Positions 39,521 to 48,108 of a stretch of DNA of 64,000 nucleotides are shown here, piece after piece. The stretch is taken from NCBI GenBank assembly GCA_963666215.2, contig CAXWPL010000001.1, positions 544,001-608,000 on the forward strand. The letters run 5' to 3'. The notes beneath the pieces were generated by a model, which saw only the letters and a list, made by a program, of their open reading frames with translations, had not been told where the DNA came from and made no database searches. The position numbers and the translations under genes were made by a program. This DNA comes from Acidobacteriota bacterium. Its GTDB lineage: Bacteria > Acidobacteriota > UBA890 > WLXD01. How positions within the stretch are numbered: position 1 is the stretch's first letter; every line of letters begins with the position of its first letter.

Positions 39521-39566
39521 CGGCGACACCCGAGAGCGGCTCAGGGCGTTGGGGTACGTGCAATAA
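39520..39566 (+). pseudogene. Extreme 3' end of another sulfatase-like gene
   Basis: Reads ...DTRERLRALGYVQ*, matching the C-terminus of the 13692 sulfatase-like protein (DDLRALGYIQ*). Confidence 0.65.
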
Positions 39567-39705
39567 CCGAGCGCGAGGCCAGAACCTTTGACGACCGTGC
39601 GCGGGAAGTATTTGCGCAGCCCTGAGCGGCGCGGCAAGCTTGGCTCGTCACATGTATGGAGAACACGAGCCGCTCTCGATTGACTTTGCGTGGAGACGAC
39701 GAACG

Positions 39706-40320
39706 ATGAGCTGGATCCCGACTCGCGAGTCTTGGGCACGAATCGCCAAGGAAGCGATCGTTTTCGTGTGCGCGGTCGTGATCCTTTTCTCGGCACGGTC
39801 GTCGCTCGCGGACCACTATGTGGTGCCGAGCAGCTCCATGGAACACACGCTCATGCCCGGCGATCGCGTGGTCGTGAACAAGATGGCCTTCGGCCTGCGT
39901 GTTCCTTTCCTCGGTTGGTCGATCGTCGGTTGGGGGGCGCCCAAGGCAGGTGAGGTGGTGGTCTTCGATTCTCCTGAGAGCGGCAAGCGCCTGATCAAGC
40001 GCGTCGTCGCCACAGCCGGCCAGCGCGTGAGCGTCCGTCGGGGCCACCTGCGGATTGACGGCGCCGACATCGCACTGCCCGACGAGCCCGACACCGAAGC
40101 GTTCGGCGATCGCATCGCGAGGCTCAACCTCAGCCTCGGCGGCGGCCCCGACTTCGGGCCGATGCGCATCGAGGAGGGTCACCTGCTCGTCATGGGCGAC
40201 TTCCGCGGCAACAGCCGAGATGGCCGCGAGTTCGGGCTCATCAGGGCCGAGGAAGCCTACGGTCGCGCCATCGCGGTTTACCTGCGCCGCGGCGAGGGCC
40301 TCGTTTGGAAGGGTCTGTAG
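39706..40320 (+). CDS. lepB: Signal peptidase I (S26)
   Basis: TM, VPSSSMEHTL..GD (catalytic Ser), LIKRVV (catalytic Lys) and MGDFRGNSRDGR.FG. Confidence 0.9.
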   Translation: MSWIPTRESWARIAKEAIVFVCAVVILFSARSSLADHYVVPSSSMEHTLMPGDRVVVNKMAFGLRVPFLGWSIVGWGAPKAGEVVVFDSPESGKRLIKRVVATAGQRVSVRRGHLRIDGADIALPDEPDTEAFGDRIARLNLSLGGGPDFGPMRIEEGHLLVMGDFRGNSRDGREFGLIRAEEAYGRAIAVYLRRGEGLVWKGL

Positions 40321-40372
40321 TCGAGTCCGATAGGCTCTTCACCATGGCCTTCAGGCAACCGAGCAGAACCGC

Positions 40373-40645
40373 GTGCCAACACTGACTCGCGGCGAGTTCA
40401 TCGGGCTCGCGGCTAACGCCGGGACCGGGCTGCTCGTTCCGCGGTTCGGCGACCAGCTAGCGCCAGCCGACGACGAGATCCAACGACTGTTCGACGACGC
40501 GCCGATCTTCGACGGGGTCGTCAACTGGGAGCGCTGGAAGAACGTCGCGCGGCACCTCCGCGAGCGCGGCTTTTCGCTCGAAGATCTGCGCAAGGTCCTC
40601 GGCGCCAATTTCCTGCGGGTGTACCGCGAGGTACTCGATCCATGA
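40373..40645 (+). pseudogene. Internally deleted membrane dipeptidase (M19): N-terminus joined in frame to C-terminus
   Basis: Tat-like leader (LTRGEFIG) and IFDG, then directly RGFSLEDLRKVLGANFLRVY, which matches the M19 C-terminus (compare RGYTEEQIGQLWSGNLLRVL in the 48109 gene). Confidence 0.7.
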
Positions 40646-41133
40646 GGAACCCCGCAACGCCGACTCGCCCATCCACGCCCGCAATCGGCGGCCGCATTCA
40701 TTTCGACGACGCGAGCAAGCTCGCCTTCGAAGACCTGACGTCGATCATCTTCGTGCTGCCCGAGGGTGCCGAGTCGATCCCGCAGAACGTCAACGAGTGG
40801 CCACGCGAATACAGCGCCAACACACGCTCCCGATCGGCGCCGCTGCGCTGGGTCCGTTCGATCGAGATTCTCGAAGGCGCGCAACGTGACCGCTACCGCG
40901 CGCTCTTCGACGTTCGCGCCCGCATCACGACCGCGACTGGCGTAAGCTTCGTATCATCGTACGCGAGCCTCGAGTGGGTTCGATTTCTATACCTCGAGCG
41001 AGCGCCAGACGGCCCCGATGACCACGAGCCGGAGCCCGGCGAAATCGACTCGGAAGTGGTCCTCCTCGACCGGACGATCTATTTCGCCGGCGAGGACGGG
41101 CGCAACATCACCAAGATCGAGCTCGGTATCTGA
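40642..41133 (+). CDS. Hypothetical protein
   Basis: ATGA overlap with the upstream ORF, typical codon usage, ends 6 nt before the glycosylase gene. Confidence 0.6.
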   Translation: MRNPATPTRPSTPAIGGRIHFDDASKLAFEDLTSIIFVLPEGAESIPQNVNEWPREYSANTRSRSAPLRWVRSIEILEGAQRDRYRALFDVRARITTATGVSFVSSYASLEWVRFLYLERAPDGPDDHEPEPGEIDSEVVLLDRTIYFAGEDGRNITKIELGI

Positions 41134-41139
41134 GTCGAC

Positions 41140-42057
41140 ATGCCCGAGCTGCCTTCCGTCACTGTCTACGTGGAGGCACTGGAGCGCCACATCGTCGGGC
41201 GGCGCCTCGAGGGCGTCCGGCTGACGAGCCCATTCCTTGTCCGCACGTTCGACCCGCCGCTGAGTGCCGTCGACGGGCGCCGCGTCACAGCGATCCGACG
41301 CATCGGAAAACGTATCGTTTGGGATCTCGAAAGCGAGCCCGGCGACTCGTTGTTCCTCGTTTTTCATCTGATGATCGCGGGGCGCCTGCGCTGGCGGAAG
41401 CCGGGAGCCAAGCCTCCGGGCCGTCGCGGCCTCGCCGCCTTCGACTTCCCGAACGGCACGCTCCTGTTCACCGAGGCCAGCGCCAAGAAGCGAGCCTCAC
41501 TGCATGTGGTCGCGAGCGAGGAAGCGCTGGCCGAACACGACCCGGGCGGCCTCGAGGTCCTCGATTGCCTGGCCGCCGACTTCCACGAGCAACTGATGCT
41601 GAAGAACCACACGCTCAAACGCGCTCTCACCTCACCGCGCCTCTTCTCGGGCATCGGCAACGCCTACTCCGACGAGATTCTCCATCACGCCAAGCTTTCC
41701 CCCCTGACCTGGACCTCACGGCTAACCGACGATGAAGTGGTGCGCCTGCACGCCAGCACCATCGAGATCATGGCGGGCGCAATCGAGCGTTTTCGCGCCG
41801 AAGTCGGCGACGGTTTTCCCGACAAGGTCACCGCCTTCCGCCCCGATATGGTGGTCCACGGCCGCTATCTGAAGCCCTGCCCCGATTGCGACGCCCCCGT
41901 CCAACGACTCATCTACGCGAGCAACGAGGCGAACTACTGCGCTCCGTGCCAAACCGGTGGACAGGTCTACGCCGACCGTGTGCTGTCGCAGCTCCTCAAG
42001 AAAGACTGGCCACGGACGATCGAAGAGTGGGAGCAAATCCGCCCGGCCAGCGGCTGA
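41140..42057 (+). CDS. Fpg/Nei-family DNA glycosylase/AP lyase
   Basis: N-terminal PELP, RRIGK, HLMIAG, H2TH motif [12 protein letters not shown], zinc finger CPDC...CAPCQ. Confidence 0.92.
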   Translation: MPELPSVTVYVEALERHIVGRRLEGVRLTSPFLVRTFDPPLSAVDGRRVTAIRRIGKRIVWDLESEPGDSLFLVFHLMIAGRLRWRKPGAKPPGRRGLAAFDFPNGTLLFTEASAKKRASLHVVASEEALAEHDPGGLEVLDCLAADFHEQLMLKNHTLKRALTSPRLFSGIGNAYSDEILHHAKLSPLTWTSRLTDDEVVRLHASTIEIMAGAIERFRAEVGDGFPDKVTAFRPDMVVHGRYLKPCPDCDAPVQRLIYASNEANYCAPCQTGGQVYADRVLSQLLKKDWPRTIEEWEQIRPASG

Positions 42058-42170
42058 AATCGGCCGACACATGTCAATGTCGGAGAGTTCGCGAACGAAG
42101 AATGGGGCCGGCGGCGGCACATATAGATCGTGGATCGCGTATCACCTCGGCTCATCCAACGGAGAAGACC

Positions 42171-42380
42171 GTGAGCGGAATCAACTACACCTGCGCAAAG
42201 TGTGACCACACCCAGTACGAGACTCGCGAGCTGCGAGGATCCGGTGGCTTTTGGAGCAAGATCTTCGACGTGCAGGGCCAGCGCTTCAGCACCGTCATCT
42301 GCAAGCGTTGCCGCTATGCCGAGCTCTACCACGCCGACTCGAGCACGCTGGGAAACATCTTCGACCTGTTCACCAACTAG
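42171..42380 (+). CDS. Small zinc-ribbon protein (DUF2082-like)
   Basis: GGAG RBS plus GTG; CAKC...SKIFDVQ..F..VICKRC.YAELY. Confidence 0.8.
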   Translation: MSGINYTCAKCDHTQYETRELRGSGGFWSKIFDVQGQRFSTVICKRCRYAELYHADSSTLGNIFDLFTN

Positions 42381-42485
42381 CGGGTGGCAGTCCGATCGCG
42401 CCGCTAGCGCGTTTTGGCTAGCGGCGCGGCTGCCGCTGGGCGATCCTGGCGTCTCCGCGGTTTTCGCTTCTCTGGATCGCCTCCG

Positions 42486-43178
42486 ATGGCTCGCTATTCC
42501 TGGCTGCTGCTCGACGCCGACGGCACCCTGCTCGACTTCGATCGGGCCATGGACCGTGCGCTCGAGCTGACGGTTCACGAGCTCGGCGCGACGCTCGATG
42601 TTGCCGCGCGCAGCGAGTACAACCGGATCAACGCGCGCGCCTGGGCGCGACTCGAGCGCGGCGAGCTCGATCGATTGGCGCTCGGTAGAACCCGGTTTGC
42701 CGAGTTCTTCGAGTATCTGAGCGTGGAAGCCGATCACGAGGCGACCAGCCACCGTTACCTGGAGCACCTCTCGGGAGGAGCGGACTGGCTGCCGGGAGCG
42801 GAGCGCGTGACCCGCGCGCTGGCCCAACACGCCCGCATCGCCGTGATGACCAACGGCTTCTCGATGGTGCAGCGCCCGCGCCTACGGGCTTCGGGCCTGG
42901 AAGAGATCGCCGATGAGCTGATCATCTCGGAAGAGGTCGGCGCGGCGAAGCCGGACGCCAAGATCTTCGATGCGGCATTCGACCTGATGGGTAACCCGCC
43001 CAAGGATCGGGTGATGATCGTCGGCGACAGTCTGTCGGCCGATATCGCCGGGGGACTCGGCTACGGCATCGACGCCTGCTGGTTCAACCCGGCGCGGCTC
43101 GCGAATCCCGATGCACTGGCATGCACTTTCGAGATCGACGACCTGGAAGAGCTGCGCTCGATCGTGGACATCGGCTAA
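42486..43178 (+). CDS. yjjG: YjjG-family HAD noncanonical pyrimidine nucleotidase
   Basis: DADGTLLDF, TNGF..VQ, ISEEVG.AKPD..IF and VGDSLSADIAGG motifs. Confidence 0.85.
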   Translation: MARYSWLLLDADGTLLDFDRAMDRALELTVHELGATLDVAARSEYNRINARAWARLERGELDRLALGRTRFAEFFEYLSVEADHEATSHRYLEHLSGGADWLPGAERVTRALAQHARIAVMTNGFSMVQRPRLRASGLEEIADELIISEEVGAAKPDAKIFDAAFDLMGNPPKDRVMIVGDSLSADIAGGLGYGIDACWFNPARLANPDALACTFEIDDLEELRSIVDIG

Positions 43179-43252
43179 GGCGCTCAGTCAGCCGGCGACA
43201 GCTAGAAGGCTGCGTCACCGAAGTGCGTTTCGAACCCGAGGCCAGGCCCTCC

Positions 43253-44752
43253 CTAGTAGCGGTAGTGATCCGCCTTGTACGGACCCTCGATCGGCACGCC
43301 GATGTACTCGGCCTGCTTCGGCGTCAGCTCGGTGAGCTCAACGCCGAGGTGGTCGAGGTGCAGCCGGGCGACTTCTTCGTCGAGCGCCTTCGGCAGCACA
43401 TAGACCTTGTTGCCGTACTCGCCCTGGTTGTTGTTCAGCGCGATCTGCGCCAGAACCTGGTTGGTGAACGACGCCGACATGACGAAGCTCGGGTGACCGG
43501 TGGCACAACCGAGGTTCATCAGGCGTCCTTCGGCCAGCACCAGCACGCTGTGGCCGTCGGCGAAGACCCACTCGTCGTACTGCGGCTTGACGTTGACCTT
43601 CTGGATGCCCGGTGTCTTGGCGAGCCCGGCCATGTCGATCTCGTTGTCGAAGTGGCCGATGTTGGCGACGATGGCCTTGTCCTTCATACGGCCCATGTGC
43701 GCGGCCGTGATGATGTCGTAGTTGCCAGTCGACGTTACGAAGATGTCGGCGCTGTCGACAACGCTGTCGAGCTTGCGGACCTCGTAGCCCTCCATCGCCG
43801 CCTGCAATGCGCAGATCGGGTCGATCTCGGTGACGATGACACGGGCGCCCTGGCCTTTGAGGGCATTGGCGCAGCCTTTTCCGACTTCGCCAAAGCCACA
43901 GACCACAGCCACCTTGCCGCCAATCATGACGTCGGTGGCGCGGTTGAGGCCGTCAACAACGGAGTGGCGACAGCCGTAGATGTTGTCGAACTTCGACTTG
44001 GTCACCGAGTCATTGACATTCATCGCCGGGATCAGGAGCGTGCCGTCCTTCTCCATCTGCATCAGGCGATGTACACCGGTGGTGGTCTCTTCGGAGACAC
44101 CGCGAAGCTCGGCAGCAACGTTCGTCCAGCGCTGAGGATCGCGGCCCATCTCGGCGCGAATCAGGTCGAGGATAACGCCCCACTCTTCGGGATCGTTGTC
44201 GGCGTCGAATTCGGGGACGGTACCGGCAGCCTCGAACTCGTGGCCCTTGTGGATCAGCAGCGTGGCATCACCACCGTCGTCGACGATGAGCTCCGGGCCC
44301 GAGCCGTTGGGCCACATCAGCGCCTCCGACGTGCACCACCAGTACTCCGGCAGCGTCTCGCCCTTCCAGGCGTACACCGGAATGCCGAGCGGGTTCTCGG
44401 GAGTGCCACCGTTTTCCGGGCGGCCCACCGCGATCGCCGCGGCGGCGTGGTCCTGCGTGGAGAAGATGTTGCACGAGACCCAGCGCACGTCGGCGCCGAG
44501 CGCATCGAGCGTCTCCATGAGCACCGCCGTCTGCACCGTCATGTGCAGGCTGCCCATGACGCGCACGCCGTCGAGAGGCCGATCCGCGGAATGGCGGCGG
44601 CGAACCTCCATCAGGCCGGGCATCTCGTGCTCGGCCAGAGTGATCTCTTTGCGGCCGTGCTCGGCCAGGCTCAGGTCGGCTACTTTGAACGGCTCGCGAC
44701 CGGCCTCACGGGCGGCGTCGAAGGGATGGACTTTCTCGAGGACGGTGGTCAT
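43253..44752 (-). CDS. ahcY: Adenosylhomocysteinase
   Basis: [52 protein letters not shown] and [12 protein letters not shown]. Start ATG at 44752. Confidence 0.98.
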   Translation of the reverse strand: MTTVLEKVHPFDAAREAGREPFKVADLSLAEHGRKEITLAEHEMPGLMEVRRRHSADRPLDGVRVMGSLHMTVQTAVLMETLDALGADVRWVSCNIFSTQDHAAAAIAVGRPENGGTPENPLGIPVYAWKGETLPEYWWCTSEALMWPNGSGPELIVDDGGDATLLIHKGHEFEAAGTVPEFDADNDPEEWGVILDLIRAEMGRDPQRWTNVAAELRGVSEETTTGVHRLMQMEKDGTLLIPAMNVNDSVTKSKFDNIYGCRHSVVDGLNRATDVMIGGKVAVVCGFGEVGKGCANALKGQGARVIVTEIDPICALQAAMEGYEVRKLDSVVDSADIFVTSTGNYDIITAAHMGRMKDKAIVANIGHFDNEIDMAGLAKTPGIQKVNVKPQYDEWVFADGHSVLVLAEGRLMNLGCATGHPSFVMSASFTNQVLAQIALNNNQGEYGNKVYVLPKALDEEVARLHLDHLGVELTELTPKQAEYIGVPIEGPYKADHYRY

Positions 44753-44795
44753 CTCATTTGCTCCGTTGGATTGCCCGAACGAGCGGGCTCTTTGC

Positions 44796-45770
44796 TCAAA
44801 GAACTGGCTCCGCGAGACGCGCGGCAACCGTGAACACAGCCGGCCCCGAAGCATCCGGGTCCGGCGCAAGGGCGTGGTATCTCGTGCCGACAAATCCAGC
44901 GCCGACCAGCCATTCACCGATCTGCTCGCTCGAAAATCCGAGCCACGCGTGACCCATCTCGTTGCGGTACGACAGGCGATCGTGGGGCGTCATGTCGGCG
45001 ATCAGTAGCCGTCCGCCTGGTTTCAGAGCGCGCGCCGCCTCCGCGATCACGGCTTGCGGGTCGGATACGTAGTGCAGCACCAGAAAGAGGATCGCGGCAT
45101 CGAGGGTGTCGCCGTCGATCGGCAGCTCCTCGAGCGCGCCTCGCCGAAGGTCGACTCGGTTGCGGTGATCCAGCCGGCGGAGCCGTTCCTCTGCGGCATG
45201 CAGCATCTCGGGAGAGCCATCAACCGCGATCACTCGCTCCACCCACGGCGCCACGGCCTCGGCAATGCCGCCGGTGCCGCAGCCCAGGTCGCCAACCGTC
45301 CAGCTCGAGTCGAGCAAGCCGAGCACGGCCAGAAGATCGATGCGTGCACCGAACATATCGGTGCGGATCCGGTCCCACTCCCCAGCGGTCGAAGCGAAGA
45401 ACTCCTCCGAGCGCGACCGTCGACTCGCCAGAACACTGCCGACGCGAGCCGCATCCTGGGCGGCCGCGGGCAGCTCGCCCACGTGCGACCGCACGAGCAG
45501 CCAAAGTCCCTGTGCCGGGGCCTCCAGGCGATCGGCCAGCATCCGGTAGCGCCGACTCGTGCCCTCGGCGTGTGCGGCGAGCCAGCCGTCGTCGAGCAAG
45601 ACCCTGAGGTGCCGGCTCACCGTCGACTGAGGCATCTGCAGCACCGTGCAGAGCTCCGAGACGTTGAGCTCGTGCTGCTCCAGAAGCAGCAGAACGCGGG
45701 AGCGTGTGGCATCCGCCAGGTGCGACATGAGCCCGAAGACGCGCGGCTCGGCTGCGATTAATCCGTGCAT
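44796..45770 (-). CDS. sahR: ArsR-HTH plus SAM-dependent methyltransferase-fold regulator (SahR)
   Basis: [25 protein letters not shown], then FF...AGEWD and DLGCGTG. Lies directly upstream of ahcY. Confidence 0.8.
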   Translation of the reverse strand: MHGLIAAEPRVFGLMSHLADATRSRVLLLLEQHELNVSELCTVLQMPQSTVSRHLRVLLDDGWLAAHAEGTSRRYRMLADRLEAPAQGLWLLVRSHVGELPAAAQDAARVGSVLASRRSRSEEFFASTAGEWDRIRTDMFGARIDLLAVLGLLDSSWTVGDLGCGTGGIAEAVAPWVERVIAVDGSPEMLHAAEERLRRLDHRNRVDLRRGALEELPIDGDTLDAAILFLVLHYVSDPQAVIAEAARALKPGGRLLIADMTPHDRLSYRNEMGHAWLGFSSEQIGEWLVGAGFVGTRYHALAPDPDASGPAVFTVAARLAEPVL

Positions 45771-45784
45771 CCGGATATATTGAT
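45761..45784. promoter_or_regulatory. Putative SahR operator overlapping the sahR start codon
   Basis: Palindrome ATCCG-N6-CGGAT (45761-45776), overlapped by a second ATC-N10-GAT (45769-45784). Confidence 0.65.
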
Positions 45785-45817
45785 CAATAACGGCGTCAAG
45801 ATCAAGCCCAACACCTG

Positions 45818-46051
45818 CTACCGGGCGGTAACCTCGTCGAGCACCGCCTTAACGCGAGATTCCGCGGCGTCGAGCGCCTCGTCCGTGGTGTCGTACGAAT
45901 CGGTGCCGCCATGCAGGCGGTCGACCAGATTCGCGTCACCGACCTCGAGGTTCATCTTGCCGCGATACCACGCCCGGTACTTGCCGCCGGTGGGTTCAAT
46001 CCAGCAGCGGTACACGTGGCCCGCGTGCTCACCTGATCTGCGCATACTCAT
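45818..46051 (-). CDS. Small hypothetical protein
   Basis: 77-aa ORF with a GAGGA RBS and plausible composition. Confidence 0.55.
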   Translation of the reverse strand: MSMRRSGEHAGHVYRCWIEPTGGKYRAWYRGKMNLEVGDANLVDRLHGGTDSYDTTDEALDAAESRVKAVLDEVTAR

Positions 46052-46172
46052 GCTCGGGTTCCTCGTGGCCGGGGCTCAGACTTCGGTGGAGGGAGCCCGC
46101 GCACGGTAGCGCGTTCCGCGAATCGGCGTGAGCTAGCGGAATCCGCGCATACGCTCGGCCCGGCGTGCCTGC

Positions 46173-46391
46173 TCAAGCCTGGATCGGGTCGCCATTCAAT
46201 GTGAACGGCTCGCCGTGCATACAACGTCGCGAGCGCAACTCAGTTGCTGTCGGCGCACCAATCCGCCTCTGAGCTTCCGCGATCTGTACCGGCGACATCG
46301 CCGAGTCGCGTCGCGCCCGCCGCAACGCCGCCACGTCCTCGGGATTGGTCGGCAAATCCCGCTCGAGATCGGGCAGATCAGAGGCTGTCAC
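46173..46391 (-). CDS. Small hypothetical protein coupled to the nucleotidyltransferase gene
   Basis: GTG overlaps the upstream gene end by 14 nt; DLERDLPTNPEDVAALRRAR. Confidence 0.6.
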   Translation of the reverse strand: MTASDLPDLERDLPTNPEDVAALRRARRDSAMSPVQIAEAQRRIGAPTATELRSRRCMHGEPFTLNGDPIQA

Positions 46392-46908
46392 GCACTCGCT
46401 CCCATTCGTCGATGAGATCGTGTCGCTCGAAGTATTGGCGTACCGACTCGGCCGCCAGACCCGTCGCACCCAACAAGGCGGCGATGTCGGCCATCTCCCG
46501 CAGTCGTCGACCCGGATCGTTCTTCGCTGCCAACACCTTCATGGCCACCAGATGCTCTGGCCGAGGTACCTGCACAACAACTCCCGGAAAGATCTCCGAC
46601 GTAATCGACTCGCCGAACAGATCCCGCGCCGTCGGCGGGTTCAGGTAGACGACATTGATCCGCCCGCGAGCGGAATCCTCGTGAGCATGATTCGAGTACC
46701 CCTCGGATCGATGAAGCGTCTCGTACCCGAGGGACTCGAGATGCTCGACGAGCGAGACCTGCACCCACGACTCCGTGGCGATGTCGACGTCGTCCGTGAG
46801 CCGCCCCGCGCCGTGAACAGCCAGTGCCAGCCCGCCCACAACTGCACATTTCGCATCCACAGACGCGAGGTAGTTCGAGACTCGCTGTAGCGCGTCGGCG
46901 AAATCCAT
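46378..46908 (-). CDS. Nucleotidyltransferase (AbiEii/DUF6036-like, Pol-beta superfamily)
   Basis: VGGLALAVHG..RLTDDVD and PEHLVAMKV.A....R...DI motifs. Confidence 0.8.
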   Translation of the reverse strand: MDFADALQRVSNYLASVDAKCAVVGGLALAVHGAGRLTDDVDIATESWVQVSLVEHLESLGYETLHRSEGYSNHAHEDSARGRINVVYLNPPTARDLFGESITSEIFPGVVVQVPRPEHLVAMKVLAAKNDPGRRLREMADIAALLGATGLAAESVRQYFERHDLIDEWERVRDSL

Positions 46909-47064
46909 GACTCTGGTCAGCTGTTGCCAATGAGCCCAGGGGGACCTCGGCGTGCATCACGGCCGCGATCGATTGAGCAAACACCAACCATTCTATGCGC
47001 CGACTCCGCTCCTACTCCGGCGCCGCCGTGCGCAGCTTCGCGAGGTCCGACTCGCCCGACTAGC

Positions 47065-48107
47065 TGTGAGTTCTAGGTAGGTTGTTCACGAACTCACCCC
47101 TGAGAGCCGAGCGATCGGCGGTGTCATGCCGATGCCGGCGTGGGGACGGTGACGATTGTAGTGGTTGAGCCAGGGCCGTAGAGCTCGAGTACGTCGAGCT
47201 GAGGTCTGGTAGCAGGTGCCGTAGGCCCACTGCTCCTTGAGTGTGCGGATGAAGCGTTCGGCTTTGCCGTTGGTTCTGGGGGTGTAGGGCCGGGTGTAAA
47301 TGTGCCGGATCTCGAGTTGATGGCATAGGCGATTGAAGCGCTTCGAGACGTAGCCAGGCCCGTTGTCTGTCATCACTCGGCGCACCGCTACTCCCATCGA
47401 AGCGAAGTGCTCGACGGCTCGCTGCAGGAACGCTGTGCAGGTGTGTTGGTCTTCGGCGGGCAGCACTTCGACGTACGCCACCCGAGAGTGATCGTCGATA
47501 GCGACGTGGGCGTTCTCCCAGCCGACGCCGTAGGCCCGCTTGGAGCGGTCGCCGTGGATGCGGTGTCCAGGTCGGCGGATACGGGCCAGTTTCTTCGTAT
47601 CCAGGTGCAGTAGGTCACCGGGGTGCTCGTACTCGTAGCGAACGATCTCGGGCTTGGGCTCGAGCGTATCAAGCTTGGCGAGTCCGAGCCGCTTCAGCCA
47701 CGCCGAGACGGTCGAGCGCGGCACAGCCAACCTTCGGCTGATCTGCCAGGCCGTCAGTCGCCGCCGACGTAGCTTGTCGATCTGCCTCACAACTCCAGCG
47801 CTTGTTGCGTGCGGACAGCACGTCGGCCGGCTTGATCGATCGAGCAGCCCGGCCTCACCTTCTCGCTCGTATCTATCCAGCCACTTGTAAACCGTTCGAG
47901 CCGACACGCCGAGCGCCGCCGCCGTTTCCGTCACGGGCTCCGCCCGCTCCCGGACTCGGCGGACCATCTCTCGGCGTATATACGGCGTCGTGCGGGCGTT
48001 ACCATGCAGCTGCATCGGGCGCTCCTTCTGAGGTCGTGGAGTCTTTTGAACAACCCCATTGATCTCAGAAGTGAGCCCCGATGTGAACAACCTACTTAGA
48101 AAACACA
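47065..48107 (-). mobile_element. Complete IS481-family insertion sequence (1043 bp)
   Basis: TGT...ACA ends; imperfect IRs TGTGAGTTCTAGGTAGGTTGTTCAC / GTGAACAACCTACTTAGAAAACACA; 6-bp direct repeat ACTAGC at 47059-47064 and 48108-48113. Confidence 0.95.
47086..48015 (-). CDS. IS481-family DDE transposase
   Basis: HGNARTT, LLDRSSRP, GDLLHLDTKKL, IDDHSR, MTDNG, PRTNGKAERF and HYN..RPH motifs. Confidence 0.96.
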   Translation of the reverse strand: MQLHGNARTTPYIRREMVRRVRERAEPVTETAAALGVSARTVYKWLDRYEREGEAGLLDRSSRPTCCPHATSAGVVRQIDKLRRRRLTAWQISRRLAVPRSTVSAWLKRLGLAKLDTLEPKPEIVRYEYEHPGDLLHLDTKKLARIRRPGHRIHGDRSKRAYGVGWENAHVAIDDHSRVAYVEVLPAEDQHTCTAFLQRAVEHFASMGVAVRRVMTDNGPGYVSKRFNRLCHQLEIRHIYTRPYTPRTNGKAERFIRTLKEQWAYGTCYQTSARRTRALRPWLNHYNRHRPHAGIGMTPPIARLSGVSS

Positions 48108-48108
48108 A

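Noticed and set aside
3744-39566. Programmed site-specific inversion system explaining the back-to-back junctions
   Set aside because: No recombinase gene and no shared crossover sequence at 3745, 26530 and 39520.
19048-43178. ung, ligase and fpg as a single DNA-repair island
   Set aside because: They are spread over 24 kb and separated by suspected assembly junctions.
43121-44833. Long antisense or alternate-frame ORFs (e.g. 43121-44833, 17216-18466, 7230-8720, 10313-11599, 48121-49167)
   Set aside because: These are shadow ORFs of well-supported genes, expected from high-GC codon bias, with no family motifs.
44753-44917. SAH or SAM riboswitch upstream of ahcY, and the longer 554-aa AhcY ORF
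   Set aside because: Only 43 nt separate sahR from the ahcY ATG; the apparent extension overlaps sahR coding sequence.
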